A DNA stretch of 60,075 bases from positions 1-60,075 of the forward strand of contig JALXEI010000159.1 in NCBI GenBank assembly GCA_027069645.1, given 5' to 3'. How positions within the stretch are numbered: position 1 is the first letter of the stretch; each line of letters starts with the position of its first letter. This DNA is from Hyphomicrobiales bacterium (GTDB lineage: Bacteria; Pseudomonadota; Alphaproteobacteria; Rhizobiales; JAKIUO01). The notes under the pieces were generated by a model that worked only from the letters and a program-made list of their open reading frames with translations, searched no databases and was not told where the DNA came from. Of the stretch, positions 1 to 11,568 are shown one piece after another. A program made the position numbers and the translations under genes.

Positions 1-83
1 TCGAGGACCACATCGACCTCGACCGTGGGATTGCCCCGACTGTCCAGTATTTCGCGTCCCACGATATCTGTAATTGCTGTCAT
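1..83 (-). CDS. eno: Enolase, 5' end only (gene runs off the window)
   Basis: Minus-strand translation from the ATG at 83-81 gives [28 protein letters not shown], the conserved enolase N-terminus. The fragment is too short to appear in the ORF track. Confidence 0.8.
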   Translation of the reverse strand, partial: MTAITDIVGREILDSRGNPTVEVDVVL

Positions 84-282
84 GTGATTTCCCCGTTGAT
101 AATGCTGTTTATTGCATGCAGAAGATAAGCTGGTGCAGGGTCTGTCTGAAAAGATTTTACACCGCTCTTAAACGTCATCGACACGTTAGTCAAAAGGAAC
201 ATTGTCCCATTCTCATGCGGACAAAAGGCCGCAACTGTTTTAAATTGCGCTTTCATCGTCCGACAAAGGGAGGCGCCTTGCC

Positions 283-1128
283 GTGTTTTTTTATCTTTCC
301 AAAACAATCGGTTTTTTGTTGTTGCCAACCAACCTGCTGTGCGCGGTTCTGATTGTCGGTTTTTTCTTGCGCAATTCGCGCTTTCGAAAGGCCGCCCGCC
401 GTATGATTGCCGGGGCTTTCGCTGTTTTGGTAATGAGTGCCTGGTCTCCCCTTGGAAATATTCTGTTGCTGCCGCTGGAACAGCGTTTTTCCCAACCACA
501 TGACAAGGTCTTGCCAAAAGCCCCTTATGGCATAATTGTACTTGGTGGTTCTGTCGATACAATCATCAGCAAGGGGCGTGGAACAGTTTCTCTCAATGGA
601 TCAGCAGAAAGAGTCGCCGAAACCGTCAAACTGGCGCGGCGATTTCCAGCGAGCCGCATTCTTTTTTCGGGTGGATCAGGAGAAATTATCTATCAGTCCA
701 TGTCCGAATCTGACATCATGGAACGATGGTTTGCACAGATGGGAATCTCTCCTGACAGGTTGTCGTTTGAACGCAAGTCGAGGAACACCTGGCAAAACGC
801 CATTTTCACAAAAAAACATCTCGGGCGACAATCCCGCAATCAATGGCTGCTCATCACATCAGCCTATCATATGCCCCGCGCGGTGGGTTGTTTCAGAAAG
901 GCCGGTGTGAATGTCATACCCTGGCCGGTCGATTACCGAACCAGAGGCTGGCAGGATGTTGTTCGTTTTTTCGATGTCGCCAACAAGGGCTGGAAACAGG
1001 TCGACATTGCTGTACGCGAATGGATCGGACTGATTGTCTATCGACTGAGCGGACGCACAACCGCCTTTTTTCCTTCTGCCGGACAAGAGGCCAGTCGAAA
1101 ACCCCGGGACCGGCAAATCATCAGGTGA
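283..1128 (+). CDS. DUF218/YdcF (ElyC-like) family membrane-anchored protein
   Basis: 281-aa ORF with a GTG start, a hydrophobic N-terminus (FFYLSKTIGFLLLPTNLLCAVLIVGFFL), an IIVLGGS motif and an SAYHMPRA motif, all typical of DUF218/YdcF proteins. Confidence 0.7.
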   Translation: MFFYLSKTIGFLLLPTNLLCAVLIVGFFLRNSRFRKAARRMIAGAFAVLVMSAWSPLGNILLLPLEQRFSQPHDKVLPKAPYGIIVLGGSVDTIISKGRGTVSLNGSAERVAETVKLARRFPASRILFSGGSGEIIYQSMSESDIMERWFAQMGISPDRLSFERKSRNTWQNAIFTKKHLGRQSRNQWLLITSAYHMPRAVGCFRKAGVNVIPWPVDYRTRGWQDVVRFFDVANKGWKQVDIAVREWIGLIVYRLSGRTTAFFPSAGQEASRKPRDRQIIR

Positions 1129-1251
1129 TATTTTGAGATTTGTTATATAAAATCGCCTTGACAGGACAGGGTCAAAACTGTTTTCTGCTTTCCTCGGCAC
1201 ATACTTTCTTTCGGCGGCAGTACCGCTGAAACAGGCCGACATGATTTCTGG

Positions 1252-1325
1252 GGCCACGTGGCGGAGTGGTGACGCAGCGGATTGCAAATCCGTGTACCCC
1301 GGTTCGATTCCGGGCGTGGCCTCCA
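1252..1325 (+). tRNA. tRNA-Cys: tRNA-Cys (GCA)
   Basis: Acceptor stem GGCCACG/CGTGGCC, anticodon loop containing TTGCAAA (anticodon GCA), T-arm GGTTCGATTCC, encoded CCA end. Confidence 0.9.
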
Positions 1326-1333
1326 GATCATCT

Positions 1334-3019
1334 TCAGATACAGATATAATGCACGATACAAACCGGCTTCTTGCCCCACAGACGGTTGATCTCGGCGCGA
1401 ACCGCCCGCCTTACTGCTTCGCCTGATTTATCTTGATTGCTGCGTTTTTTTCGTGGCAGACTGGCAACAGTTCCCTCGACAGCCCTTTCCACGATCTCCT
1501 CAAGGCTGTAATGCTCACTTATTTCCCCTGGAATGCCCTGTGTCTCTGTCAGAACATCAATAATTTCTTTGTCTTCGTCAGACAATATGACGGTCACCAC
1601 CACAAGCCCGACATAAGCCAGCTTGCGTCGCTCGCGCATGGGCTGTTCGTGATTGATACTGACGATATTTCCATCAAGATACCAGCGACCTGACGGCGCG
1701 TCGTCAATTTTCTGCAAGGCCCCGTCAGCATGTTCCAGAGGCAAAAGCCGCATGATCTCGCCATTGGTGAGGATTTGCGTTTTTTTAATGCCGTTTTCCC
1801 GGGCGAACCGGCAATGTTCGCGCATATGGCGGTATTCCCCATACATGGGAACAAGTGCCCGGGGGGTGAGCCATTTATAAAGTTGTCGCAATTCGTCCCG
1901 TTGCGGGTGCCCCGAGGCATGAACAAGTTTATTGGCAATTGTCACCACTTCAACGCCAATATCGGCAAGATTATTGAGCAAGGCACCCACCGATCGCTCA
2001 TTTCCCGGGATGGTAAATGAAGAGAAAATGACCACATCTCCGGCAGCGAGACTGATCTGCCGGTGTTCCCCCCTTGCGATGCGCGCCAGAGCCGCTCTGC
2101 TTTCCCCCTGGGAACCGGTACACAGCAACACGGTCTGGTCTCGGTGCAAATGGGAATAATGTTCCTGGTCCATGAACCCCAGATCATCCGGAAGGTAACC
2201 GCTTTCCTGCGCGGCTGTTATAACGCGCCACAGGGATTGACCGGCGACCACGACATAGCGGCCAGCGGCCCGGGCTGCCTCCCCAACCGCCTTGATGCGC
2301 GCAACATTTGATGAAAAGGCCGTGACAACGACCCTTTTGTCGGCCTCCATAATGATCTGCGCCAGTGACCTTGCCACTTCGCCTTCCGAAACAGAATGCC
2401 CTTCCTTGAAAACATTGGTTGAATCGCAGACCAGGACATCAACCCCCTCCTCTCCGATCTGTTGCAGGCGTTCTTCATCAACGGGTGCTCCGACAACAGG
2501 TTCGGGATCCAGCTTCCAGTCACCACTGTGAAACACCACGCCTTCCGGCGTCCTTATGACAAGGGCATTGGGTTCGGGGATCGAATGGGTCATGCCGACA
2601 TATTCAACATTGAATGGGCCGACATCAAAGCGGGACCCCAGAGGCATTTCTGTTACTTCAAATTCCTCGCGTGAGCCATAGCTGGCAATTTTGCCGCGCA
2701 ACAACGCAGCCGTAAAGGGGGTTGCAAACACCGGTGCACGCAATGACGGCCACAACTCTGTCAATGCCCCCAGATGGTCCTCATGTGCATGAGTGAGGAC
2801 GATTCCTGCAAGATTGTTCTGTTCTTCCCTGATAAAACTGACATCGGGTAAAACAAGTTCTACACCCGGCTCGGCGGGCCCCGGGAAGGTCACACCGACA
2901 TCGACCATCAGCCATTGCCGGTTTGTCTGCGGACCGGTGCCATAGAGATAAATATTCATGCCGATTTCACCGGCACCTCCAACAGGCAGCAGGACGAGTT
3001 CGTCAGATGGTTTTGACAT
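1334..3019 (-). CDS. rnj: Ribonuclease J (beta-CASP metallo-beta-lactamase family)
   Basis: Taken from the internal ATG at 3019 (MSKPSDELVLLPVGGAGEIGMNIYLYG). It has the HAHEDHLGAL metallo-beta-lactamase motif and a length of about 561 aa. The longer 718-aa ORF would overlap birA and is rejected. Confidence 0.85.
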   Translation of the reverse strand: MSKPSDELVLLPVGGAGEIGMNIYLYGTGPQTNRQWLMVDVGVTFPGPAEPGVELVLPDVSFIREEQNNLAGIVLTHAHEDHLGALTELWPSLRAPVFATPFTAALLRGKIASYGSREEFEVTEMPLGSRFDVGPFNVEYVGMTHSIPEPNALVIRTPEGVVFHSGDWKLDPEPVVGAPVDEERLQQIGEEGVDVLVCDSTNVFKEGHSVSEGEVARSLAQIIMEADKRVVVTAFSSNVARIKAVGEAARAAGRYVVVAGQSLWRVITAAQESGYLPDDLGFMDQEHYSHLHRDQTVLLCTGSQGESRAALARIARGEHRQISLAAGDVVIFSSFTIPGNERSVGALLNNLADIGVEVVTIANKLVHASGHPQRDELRQLYKWLTPRALVPMYGEYRHMREHCRFARENGIKKTQILTNGEIMRLLPLEHADGALQKIDDAPSGRWYLDGNIVSINHEQPMRERRKLAYVGLVVVTVILSDEDKEIIDVLTETQGIPGEISEHYSLEEIVERAVEGTVASLPRKKRSNQDKSGEAVRRAVRAEINRLWGKKPVCIVHYICI

Positions 3020-3035
3020 GTTGTTTAATAAACTT

Positions 3036-3845
3036 TCAATATTCCGTACAGCAGGGTTCAATACTGACGATATGACCGGAGGCAATGTTTTCGGTTGTGC
3101 CATCCGGTCGTTCAAGCACAAGCTCGCCCGCTTTTGACAGTGTCGTGAACCGGCCTGCGTGACGTTCTTTTCCGGCCTTAATTTGCATCTGCCAGCCTGT
3201 ATGGCACGAATGCTCCAGCCAGGCGAGCCGCAATTCCTCAAATCCCAGGCTCTCCCGCCAGATTGCAAACCAGTCCCTTGTTGAGCGAACCAGCGCTGCA
3301 AACAATTCCCCGCGGGAACATTTCCAGCCAGCCTGCCGGAGATTTCCCGGCCTGAACAGACCGCCCTCCCCGGGACTGCCTTCCAGGTTAATTCCTGTAC
3401 CAATAACAATATCGTTATTCCCGTTTTTTTGTGACGAGCGACTTTCCACCAGAACACCGCAAACCTTGCGATGATTGAGCAGGATATCATTTGGCCATTT
3501 CAGACACAGGTCCTGGATATTCAGTGTTGCTGGTGCGAGTTGTTCAATTGCCGTTATTGCGGCCAGAGCGGCAAGAATTGAAACCTGTGAAAGATGCTCC
3601 GGTGGGCATGTCGTTGTTGTCAGCAGACTGGCATGAAGGTTTCCATCCACCGATTCCCATTCCTTGCCATTAGAGCCACGCCCGCCTGTCTGATGGCGAG
3701 CACAAAACCAGCTCCCGGACACACCATCACGCCCCCGGGGGGCGGTTTGACACTTGCGGAATGCTTCAAGATTTGTTGAGTCGATATCCTCATACCAGTA
3801 ATACCGGTAATCTGAAGGAAGTATGATGGCATCTGTTTTGGTCAC
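3036..3845 (-). CDS. birA: Biotin--[acetyl-CoA-carboxylase] ligase (group I, no HTH domain)
   Basis: 269 aa with a GRGSNGKEWES motif (matching the GRGRxGRxW biotin-ligase motif). It starts 2 nt after the nuoN stop, the usual alphaproteobacterial nuoN-birA-rnj arrangement. Confidence 0.8.
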   Translation of the reverse strand: MTKTDAIILPSDYRYYWYEDIDSTNLEAFRKCQTAPRGRDGVSGSWFCARHQTGGRGSNGKEWESVDGNLHASLLTTTTCPPEHLSQVSILAALAAITAIEQLAPATLNIQDLCLKWPNDILLNHRKVCGVLVESRSSQKNGNNDIVIGTGINLEGSPGEGGLFRPGNLRQAGWKCSRGELFAALVRSTRDWFAIWRESLGFEELRLAWLEHSCHTGWQMQIKAGKERHAGRFTTLSKAGELVLERPDGTTENIASGHIVSIEPCCTEY

Positions 3846-3847
3846 GA

Positions 3848-5296
3848 CTACTGAAACAGTGATTTTGCTGCGGCCCCTGCGATCCCCTCCAGAGGAGCCA
3901 GATAGCCGACGTAACCGATCACCGCAAACCCTGAAACAAGAAGCACGAAGCGAAGGGAGCCATGCATGACAGAAAAAGGTTCACCCGCCTCATCAAAAAA
4001 CATGATCTTGATGATGCGCAAATAATAGAAGGCGCCAATGACACTGGCGAGGACCCCGACAATGGCGAGGGGTATCAGTTTGGCATTGACCGCAGCAAGA
4101 AGCACATAATATTTCGCGAAGAAACCGGCGAGTGGTGGAATACCTGCCAGAGAGAACATAAGCATTGCCAGCAAAAAGGCCATTGTCAGGTCATTTTTGG
4201 CCAGTCCGGACAAATCGGTTATATTTTCAACCGGCCCCTCGTCCCGACGCATGGCCAGAATGCAGGCAAAACTGCCGAGTGTCATGATGGCATAAATGAT
4301 CATATACAAAATGACGGCGCGTACCCCTGATTCAGTTCCTGCGGCCAGCCCGACGAGGGCAAACCCCATATGACCAATGGAGCTGTAGGCCATCAGACGC
4401 TTGATATTGGTTTGACCAATGGCCGCAAAAGCGCCCAGCAACATGGAAGCGATGGATACAAATACAATGATCTGTTGCCATTGCGGGGCAATATCCGCGA
4501 AAGCCCCATAGAGAACGCGCACAATCATAGCCATCGCGGCGATCTTTGGCGCGGCCGCAAAAAAGGTTGTAACCGTTGTCGGTGACCCTTCGTAAACATC
4601 GGGAGTCCACATATGAAACGGTACGGCCGAGATCTTGAAGACCATACCAACCATCAAGAAAACGAGGCCGAAAACAATTCCCGTACTTACCCCGGTTTCA
4701 TGAACAGATGCGGCGATTTTGGCAAAACCTGTCGATCCGGTAAAACCGTAGATGAGCGACATGCCATACAACAGCATTCCGGAGGCCAGAGCCCCAAGGA
4801 CAAAATATTTCAGCCCGGCCTCGCTGGACCGCTCCGAATTGCGGTTGAACGCAGCAATTACATAGAGAGCCAGACTTTGCAGCTCGATCCCGAGATAAAG
4901 GGCAATGAGATCATTTGCCGAGATCATCATCATCATACCGGCGGTTGCCAGCAGAATAAGGACCGGAAACTCGTATTTCCACAGATTGCCCCTGGCCATA
5001 TAATCATAGGACATGAAAACAGCGAGGGCCGAAGCACTCAGCGTAACAATTTTCATGAGCCGGGCGAAGGCATCCATGATAAAGCTGCCCGAGAACATTG
5101 TACCGGACACATCTCCCTGCAAATAGAGAAATGCAATGGCCAGCGATATAACCGCAATGGCTGCAAATGTCATTGTCGTGGCATTTGTTTTTTTTATAAA
5201 AACCCCGGCCATTAACATGATCAAAGCGCCAATAACGAGAGTCGCTTCGGGAAGGATGGGGTTGTAGCTGCCCAGTAATGTGGTTGTTGTCGCCAT
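3848..5296 (-). CDS. nuoN: NADH-quinone oxidoreductase subunit N
   Basis: 482-aa polytopic antiporter-like protein and the last gene of the nuo operon. Assigned from its position and membrane-subunit sequence character. Confidence 0.9.
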   Translation of the reverse strand: MATTTTLLGSYNPILPEATLVIGALIMLMAGVFIKKTNATTMTFAAIAVISLAIAFLYLQGDVSGTMFSGSFIMDAFARLMKIVTLSASALAVFMSYDYMARGNLWKYEFPVLILLATAGMMMMISANDLIALYLGIELQSLALYVIAAFNRNSERSSEAGLKYFVLGALASGMLLYGMSLIYGFTGSTGFAKIAASVHETGVSTGIVFGLVFLMVGMVFKISAVPFHMWTPDVYEGSPTTVTTFFAAAPKIAAMAMIVRVLYGAFADIAPQWQQIIVFVSIASMLLGAFAAIGQTNIKRLMAYSSIGHMGFALVGLAAGTESGVRAVILYMIIYAIMTLGSFACILAMRRDEGPVENITDLSGLAKNDLTMAFLLAMLMFSLAGIPPLAGFFAKYYVLLAAVNAKLIPLAIVGVLASVIGAFYYLRIIKIMFFDEAGEPFSVMHGSLRFVLLVSGFAVIGYVGYLAPLEGIAGAAAKSLFQ

Positions 5297-5326
5297 GTCG
5301 AATATCCGGAATTCCTGTCAAATGGT

Positions 5327-6877
5327 TTATCGCAGAGCCAGAACACCTGCGTCATGCGCAGCCTTGATGGCATCCTTGTAGTTGTTCAAGAGCTGATCGA
5401 CAGAGGCCGTCGTCACGTCAATGAGAGGGGCTGGCCAGATGCCCAGAAGAACGGTGAGCACAACAAGCGGTGCCAGAATTGCCAGTTCACGCGTATTGAG
5501 ATCGGCAATGTTTTTCAGGGAAGCCTTTTCAAGCTTGCCAAATATCACGCGCCGGTAAAGCCACAAGGCATAGGCCGCAGACAGGATCACACCCGTTGTT
5601 GCAAAAAAGGCAACCCAGCTGTTTACCCTGAAGGTTCCGGTGAGAGAAAGAAATTCACCCACAAAACCGCTGGTTCCAGGCAATCCGACATTGGCCATTG
5701 TAAAGACCATAAAGAAAACGGCATAGAGTGGCATGCGATTGACAAGGCCACCATAAGCAGCGATTTCCCTTGTATGCATTCGATCATAGACAACCCCGAT
5801 ACACAGGAACAAAGCCGCCGATACGATGCCATGTGACAGCATCTGAAAAATGCCACCCTGTATCCCTTGTGCGGTCGCTGTAAAGATACCCATTGTCACA
5901 AAGCCCATATGGGCCACCGAGGAATAGGCAATCAGTTTTTTGATATCTTCCTGCACAAGGGCGACAAGCGACGTGTAAATGATCGCAACGCAACTCAGCA
6001 CAAAAACGATTATGGCAAAACTTTCGGATGCGACAGGGAACATCGGAATGGAGAAACGCAGGAAACCATAGCCGCCCATTTTCAGCAAAATGGCCGCAAG
6101 GATTACAGAACCGGCGGTGGGCGCTTCCACATGCGCATCAGGCAGCCATGTATGCACCGGCCACATGGGCATTTTGACGGCAAAGGAAGCAAAGAATGCC
6201 CACCACAAAACACTCTGCAAACCGCCATCGATTGTCATGCCCCAGAAATGGATCGGTGTGGTCGAAAATCTGTAGGTCAGCAACCTCGTTATATCTGTTG
6301 TTCCGGTCTCCCCGTACATGGCCATGATCGCCAGCAGCATGAGTACCGACCCGAGAAGGGTGTAGAGGAAGAACTTGAAGGCCGAGTAGACGCGCCGCTT
6401 GCCACCCCATACGCCGATAATCAGAAACATCGGGATGAGACCTGCTTCGAAGAACAGATAAAAAAGGACCAGGTCAAGCGCGCAGAACACGCCGATCATA
6501 AGGCTTTCGAGGACAAGAAAGGCGATCATATATTCCTTGACCCGATCCTGCACGCTGTTCCAGCTCGCGAGAATGGACAGGGGCATGATAAAAGTGGTCA
6601 GAATCACAAACAGCATTGAAATCCCGTCAACGCCCATATGATAGCTGAAATTTTCGCCCAGCCAGTTATATTTTTCGACCATCTGGAAGCCGGCCTGGCT
6701 ATTGTCGAAGTTATACCAGATGACGAGCGAAGCCCCGAAAGTGAAAACCGTTGTGAACAGGGCGGCCATGCGCGCATTGTTTTTCGCCGTCTCGTCATTG
6801 CTGCGGATGACAGAGATCATCGCCGCGCCGAGCAGGGGTAAAAAGGTGACCGTGGAAAGGATAAGCGAATTGTTCAT
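5327..6877 (-). CDS. nuoM: NADH-quinone oxidoreductase subunit M
   Basis: 516-aa antiporter-like subunit ([23 protein letters not shown] motif), located between nuoL and nuoN. Confidence 0.9.
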   Translation of the reverse strand: MNNSLILSTVTFLPLLGAAMISVIRSNDETAKNNARMAALFTTVFTFGASLVIWYNFDNSQAGFQMVEKYNWLGENFSYHMGVDGISMLFVILTTFIMPLSILASWNSVQDRVKEYMIAFLVLESLMIGVFCALDLVLFYLFFEAGLIPMFLIIGVWGGKRRVYSAFKFFLYTLLGSVLMLLAIMAMYGETGTTDITRLLTYRFSTTPIHFWGMTIDGGLQSVLWWAFFASFAVKMPMWPVHTWLPDAHVEAPTAGSVILAAILLKMGGYGFLRFSIPMFPVASESFAIIVFVLSCVAIIYTSLVALVQEDIKKLIAYSSVAHMGFVTMGIFTATAQGIQGGIFQMLSHGIVSAALFLCIGVVYDRMHTREIAAYGGLVNRMPLYAVFFMVFTMANVGLPGTSGFVGEFLSLTGTFRVNSWVAFFATTGVILSAAYALWLYRRVIFGKLEKASLKNIADLNTRELAILAPLVVLTVLLGIWPAPLIDVTTASVDQLLNNYKDAIKAAHDAGVLALR

Positions 6878-8850
6878 TATCTGATCCCTCCGGTAACATT
6901 GCCAAACATGAACCAGCTGATAATCGCCGCAAGGCCAATCAGCATGACAAAGGCATAGTGGTAAACATAGCCGGTTTGCAGACGAACAGCGCCTTTAGTG
7001 ATGTCAAGAACCCTCGCGGAAACGCCGTCCGGTCCCAGACCATCGATGACCGCGCCATCTCCCCCCTTCCAGAACAGCCGTCCCAGCAGGAAGGCAGGGC
7101 GAACAAAAATGAAATCATAGATTTCGTCAAAATACCATTTGTTATAGGAGAACAGATAGATCGGCTTGAATATTCGGGCAAACAGCGTCGGCAATCCGGT
7201 GAATCTGATATAGAACAACCACGCAAACACAAAGCCCGAAAGCATCATAATGAACGGCGACAGCTTGACCCATAGCGGCACATGATGCATGGCTTCGAGA
7301 ATATGATTGTTCGAACCGTAAAAAAGTGACGAACCCCAGAAATGTTCGGGCTCATGACCGATAAAATAGCCGCTGAACACAAAGCCGGCGATTATGGCAC
7401 CCACGGCAAGAACGTAGAGGGGAACAAGCATCACATTGGGGCTTTCGTGAATATGTTTCGCGGCTTCCTTTTCAACCCGTGAAGTCCCGTGAAAGGTCAT
7501 GAATATCAGGCGCCAGGAATAGAAGCTGGTCAAAAAGGCCGCAACGACCAGCAACCAGAAAGCATAGTTTCCGACAGCGCTGTGGGCGGCAAAGGTTGCC
7601 TCAATAATGGCATCTTTTGAATGGAACCCGGCTGTTCCGATGAGTGTTGGAATGCCAACGCCTGTCAGTGCGAGCGTACCAATGATCATCATTGCATAGG
7701 TGACAGGGATTTTACCGGCCAGCCCTCCCATCTTGCGCATGTCCTGCTCATCGGAAACGGCATGAATGACAGATCCGGATCCAAGGAACAGCAAGGCCTT
7801 GAAAAAGGCATGGGTAAACAGATGGAAAATACCGGCACCATAGGCACCGACACCAAGCGCTGCGAACATATAGCCAAGCTGGCTGCATGTGGAATAGGCA
7901 ATGACCCGCTTGATATCATTCTGGGTGACCCCGACAGTTGCCGCAAAAAAGGCCGTGGACGCGCCGATAAATGTCACGACCCACAAGGCGGTGGGCGCGA
8001 GTTCAAAAAGGGGTGAAAGGCGCGCAACCATAAACACACCCGCCGTTACCATTGTCGCGGCATGAATAAGAGCCGAAACGGGTGTCGGGCCCTCCATCGC
8101 ATCGGGGAGCCAGGTGTGCAACAGCAACTGGGCCGATTTGCCCATAGCGCCCATAAACAACAGCAGGCAGATCACCGTGAGAACATCAAGATCCCAGGAG
8201 AGAAAATGCATGGTCTGTCCCTGCCGGGCCTTTGCGGCCGAAAAAACCGTATCAAAATCCATACTTCCGAAGATGAAGAAAATGGCGAAAATACCCAGAG
8301 CAAAGCCAAAATCCCCGACACGGTTGACAACAAAGGCCTTGATCGCCGCCGCATTGGCCGAGGGCTTTTGATACCAGAAACCGATCAGAAGATAGGAGGC
8401 CAGTCCGACACCTTCCCAGCCAAAGAACATCTGCATGAAATTATTCGCCGTCACCAGCATCAGCATGGCAAAGGTAAACAGGGAGAGATAGGCAAAGAAG
8501 CGTTGTTTATGCGGATCATGATGCATGTAACCAATTGAATAAACATGTACAAGAGCCGACACCGTCGTCACCACAACCAGCATCACCGAGGTCAGTGTAT
8601 CAACACGAATACTCCAGGACAGATTGAGATTCCCCGAGGTCAGCCAGTGCAATATTTCAATGATGACGGGTTCGGATACATGTCCTGAAAGTCCTGTCTG
8701 ATAGAATACAATCCACGACAGGAAAGCGGAAACCAGCAGCAGACCGCTGGTCAGATATTCACTGGCTTTGGCGCCAATAATATGCCCGAACAGTCCGGCA
8801 ACAAGAAAGCCGATCAAAGGCAGGAAAACAATCAGGGTATAGAAATTCAT
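6877..8850 (-). CDS. nuoL: NADH-quinone oxidoreductase subunit L
   Basis: 657-aa antiporter-like subunit ([25 protein letters not shown] motif) with the long C-terminal extension typical of NuoL. Confidence 0.9.
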   Translation of the reverse strand: MNFYTLIVFLPLIGFLVAGLFGHIIGAKASEYLTSGLLLVSAFLSWIVFYQTGLSGHVSEPVIIEILHWLTSGNLNLSWSIRVDTLTSVMLVVVTTVSALVHVYSIGYMHHDPHKQRFFAYLSLFTFAMLMLVTANNFMQMFFGWEGVGLASYLLIGFWYQKPSANAAAIKAFVVNRVGDFGFALGIFAIFFIFGSMDFDTVFSAAKARQGQTMHFLSWDLDVLTVICLLLFMGAMGKSAQLLLHTWLPDAMEGPTPVSALIHAATMVTAGVFMVARLSPLFELAPTALWVVTFIGASTAFFAATVGVTQNDIKRVIAYSTCSQLGYMFAALGVGAYGAGIFHLFTHAFFKALLFLGSGSVIHAVSDEQDMRKMGGLAGKIPVTYAMMIIGTLALTGVGIPTLIGTAGFHSKDAIIEATFAAHSAVGNYAFWLLVVAAFLTSFYSWRLIFMTFHGTSRVEKEAAKHIHESPNVMLVPLYVLAVGAIIAGFVFSGYFIGHEPEHFWGSSLFYGSNNHILEAMHHVPLWVKLSPFIMMLSGFVFAWLFYIRFTGLPTLFARIFKPIYLFSYNKWYFDEIYDFIFVRPAFLLGRLFWKGGDGAVIDGLGPDGVSARVLDITKGAVRLQTGYVYHYAFVMLIGLAAIISWFMFGNVTGGIR

Positions 8851-8860
8851 GGTTGCCCCT

Positions 8861-9172
8861 CTAACCTTTCATCGCGTGGATATCGTCCACCGCAATAGAG
8901 CCCCTGTTACGGAAATAAATGACCACGATCGCCAGACCGATGGCAGCCTCGGCTGCGGCGACTGTCAGGACAAAAAGGGTGAAAATCTGCCCGGTCAGAT
9001 CATTGAGGTGAGCCGAAAACGCAACCAGATTGATATTGACCGCCAGCAACATCAGCTCGACCGACATCAGAATAACAATGACGTTTTTCCGATTGAGGAA
9101 AATACCGAAAATGCCGAGCGTAAAAAGAATCGCTGCAACAGTCAGGTAATGTGATAGTCCAACTTCCAGCAT
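8861..9172 (-). CDS. nuoK: NADH-quinone oxidoreductase subunit K
   Basis: 103-aa, three-TM protein ([16 protein letters not shown] motif) in the nuoK position. Confidence 0.9.
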   Translation of the reverse strand: MLEVGLSHYLTVAAILFTLGIFGIFLNRKNVIVILMSVELMLLAVNINLVAFSAHLNDLTGQIFTLFVLTVAAAEAAIGLAIVVIYFRNRGSIAVDDIHAMKG

Positions 9173-9274
9173 GGTTATGCCTTTATCCTCGTAATCTCAT
9201 ATTTACATATCCCGAAATCCTGCCGGGAATAACCGTTCTTGAACCGGAATAGATGTTATTGTTGCGAACAACAC

Positions 9275-9889
9275 TCATATTCCCTTGCCTGTCTCCACCT
9301 TGCGGACCTCGACGCTCATCGCCGGTGTGCGCGCCACCTGTTCGGCGACATTCTGACGTTTGGCAACATCCCTCTGTCGCCAGGTTAAAACGATTGCCCC
9401 GATCATTGCGGTCAGCAATATGATGCCAACCGCTTCAAAATAGAAAACATAGTCCGTATAAAGAACCCGCCCGATCGCTTCGGTATTGGGGAGTTTGGCG
9501 GGGTCCGGAATCGGAACAGCCGGAATAGCCCTGTGACCTTTTTCGACATTCCAGGCACCGAACAGGGCCACGAGTTCCCCGAGAACAACAAAGCCGATCA
9601 GCGCACCAAGAGGAAAATATTTCATATATCCCGCGCGAAGCTCGGCAAAATCTATATCCAGCATCATCACCACAAAAAGAAAGAGCACGGCAACGGCACC
9701 GACATAAACGATGACCAGAAGCATGGCGAGAAACTCTGCCCCGAGCAGAATGAACAGACCGGCGGCGTTGATAAAGGCCAGGATAAGAAACATCACGGCA
9801 TGGACAGGATTCCGGGCGCTGATAACCATCAGGCCGGACCCGACGGTCAGTGCCGAAAACAGATAAAAGAAAACATCTGCCAACCCCAT
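9275..9889 (-). CDS. nuoJ: NADH-quinone oxidoreductase subunit J
   Basis: 204-aa membrane protein between nuoK and nuoI, with NuoJ-like sequence (NPVHAVMFLILAF). Confidence 0.85.
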   Translation of the reverse strand: MGLADVFFYLFSALTVGSGLMVISARNPVHAVMFLILAFINAAGLFILLGAEFLAMLLVIVYVGAVAVLFLFVVMMLDIDFAELRAGYMKYFPLGALIGFVVLGELVALFGAWNVEKGHRAIPAVPIPDPAKLPNTEAIGRVLYTDYVFYFEAVGIILLTAMIGAIVLTWRQRDVAKRQNVAEQVARTPAMSVEVRKVETGKGI

Positions 9890-9972
9890 TTTTACCTGTT
9901 CCTCATATTTGTCCGTTCCTGTGAACGGAATATTTCGTTTTTCTGTCTAACCGTATTGGCTGTTTGCCCGTG

Positions 9973-10473
9973 TTACCTGTATGGCGCATCCAGCTCGATA
10001 TTCTTCGCTATTTCGCGTTCCCAGCGGTCTCCGTTGTCAAGCAGTCGCGCCTTGTCATAGAGCAACTCCTCATGTGTTTCGGTTGCGAATTCAAAATTCG
10101 GCCCCTCGACGATGGCCTCGACCGGACAGGCCTCGGCACAATAACCGCAATAGATACATTTTGTCATGTCAATGTCGTAGCGTGTCGTGCGTCGCGTCCC
10201 GTCATTGCGCCGGGGCCCGGCTTCAATGGTGATGGCCTGGGCCGGACAAATGGCTTCGCAGAGCTTGCAGGCAATACACCGCTCCTCACCATTGGGGTAG
10301 CGGCGCAACGCATGTTCACCCCGAAACCGGGGGGACAGCGGCCCCTTCTCAAAGGGATAGTTCACCGTTGCCTTGGGCTTGAACAAATATCTCATCGACA
10401 ACCAGAATGCCGCGATAAACTCAAGTAAAAACAGTGATTTGATTGTCTGACCCACTCTGGCCATTGCCAACAT
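9973..10473 (-). CDS. nuoI: NADH-quinone oxidoreductase subunit I (2x[4Fe-4S] ferredoxin)
   Basis: Two CxxCxxCxxxCP motifs ([12 protein letters not shown] and [12 protein letters not shown]) in 166 aa. Confidence 0.92.
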   Translation of the reverse strand: MLAMARVGQTIKSLFLLEFIAAFWLSMRYLFKPKATVNYPFEKGPLSPRFRGEHALRRYPNGEERCIACKLCEAICPAQAITIEAGPRRNDGTRRTTRYDIDMTKCIYCGYCAEACPVEAIVEGPNFEFATETHEELLYDKARLLDNGDRWEREIAKNIELDAPYR

Positions 10474-10479
10474 CCTTCC

Positions 10480-11568
10480 CTAGGGCGCGAGATCGAAAAA
10501 ATGCAGAACGGACGCCACTGCGACAACTGCGGTCAGTGACAGGGGCAGGAAAATCTTCCATCCCAGACGCATAAGCTGGTCGTAGCGGTAGCGCGGCACA
10601 AAGGCCTTGACCATTGCGAACATGAAGAAGACGCCCCAAACCTTGAGAACGAACCAGACGACACCTGGAATCCAGTTCAGGAACCATACATCGACGGGAG
10701 GCAGCCATCCCCCGAGGAACAGAATGGTTGTCATGGCGCACATAAAGGTCACAGCCAGATATTCACCCAGCATGAACAACATATAGAGCGAAGAGGAATA
10801 TTCCACCATGAAGCCGGCAACCAGTTCGGATTCGGCCTCAGGCAGATCAAAAGGCGGTCGGTTGGTTTCAGCCAGCGCCGAAATAAAAAACACAATGAAC
10901 ATGGGGAACAGCGGCAACCAGAACCAGTTCAAAACGGTCAGCCAGGGAATGCCGAGCCAGTTCGCAAGGCCTGTTCTCTGTGCCAGTACGATATCCGTGA
11001 GGTTCAGGGAACCAACGCATAACAAAACAGTGACAATAACGAAACCGATTGAGACCTCATAGGAAATCATCTGTCCGGCGGAACGCAGGGCACTCAGAAA
11101 GGGATATTTTGAATTGGAAGCCCAGCCGCCGATTATGATGCCATAAACTTCCAGCGAGGAAATGGCCAGCACGTACAAGATACCCACATTAAGATTGGCA
11201 ACCACCCAGCTGCTGTTTTCATCGGCAGGCCATCCCGCTCCAACCGGCACAACAGCCCAGACAGCTATGGTCACAAAAGCGGTGATGAGGGGGGCCAGCA
11301 AAAACAGGATCTTGTTTGATCCCGAGGGTATGATCGGTTCCTTGAACAGGAATTTCGCCATATCGGCAAAACTTTGCAGCAGGCCCCAGGGACCAACCAC
11401 GTTGGGCCCGCGTCGCAATTGCACGGCAGCCCAGATCTTGCGATCCGCATAAATGATATAGGCAATCATGACCAGCAGCGGCACCAGAATGGCAAGCGAC
11501 TGTATTGTCGTCAGAACAGGTGTCCATATGATCCACGGCCAGATCGTTGTCCAGAAAAAATCAGGCAT
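10480..11568 (-). CDS. nuoH: NADH-quinone oxidoreductase subunit H
   Basis: 362-aa polytopic protein with NuoH/ND1 signatures ([39 protein letters not shown]). Confidence 0.92.
   Translation of the reverse strand: MPDFFWTTIWPWIIWTPVLTTIQSLAILVPLLVMIAYIIYADRKIWAAVQLRRGPNVVGPWGLLQSFADMAKFLFKEPIIPSGSNKILFLLAPLITAFVTIAVWAVVPVGAGWPADENSSWVVANLNVGILYVLAISSLEVYGIIIGGWASNSKYPFLSALRSAGQMISYEVSIGFVIVTVLLCVGSLNLTDIVLAQRTGLANWLGIPWLTVLNWFWLPLFPMFIVFFISALAETNRPPFDLPEAESELVAGFMVEYSSSLYMLFMLGEYLAVTFMCAMTTILFLGGWLPPVDVWFLNWIPGVVWFVLKVWGVFFMFAMVKAFVPRYRYDQLMRLGWKIFLPLSLTAVVAVASVLHFFDLAP

Noticed and set aside
3020..3490. N-terminal 157-aa extension of the 718-aa ORF that contains RNase J
   Set aside because: The extension overlaps the birA coding region in another frame and has an Arg/Gly/Cys-rich composition unlike real protein. 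The conserved RNase J N-terminus begins at the internal ATG at 3019.
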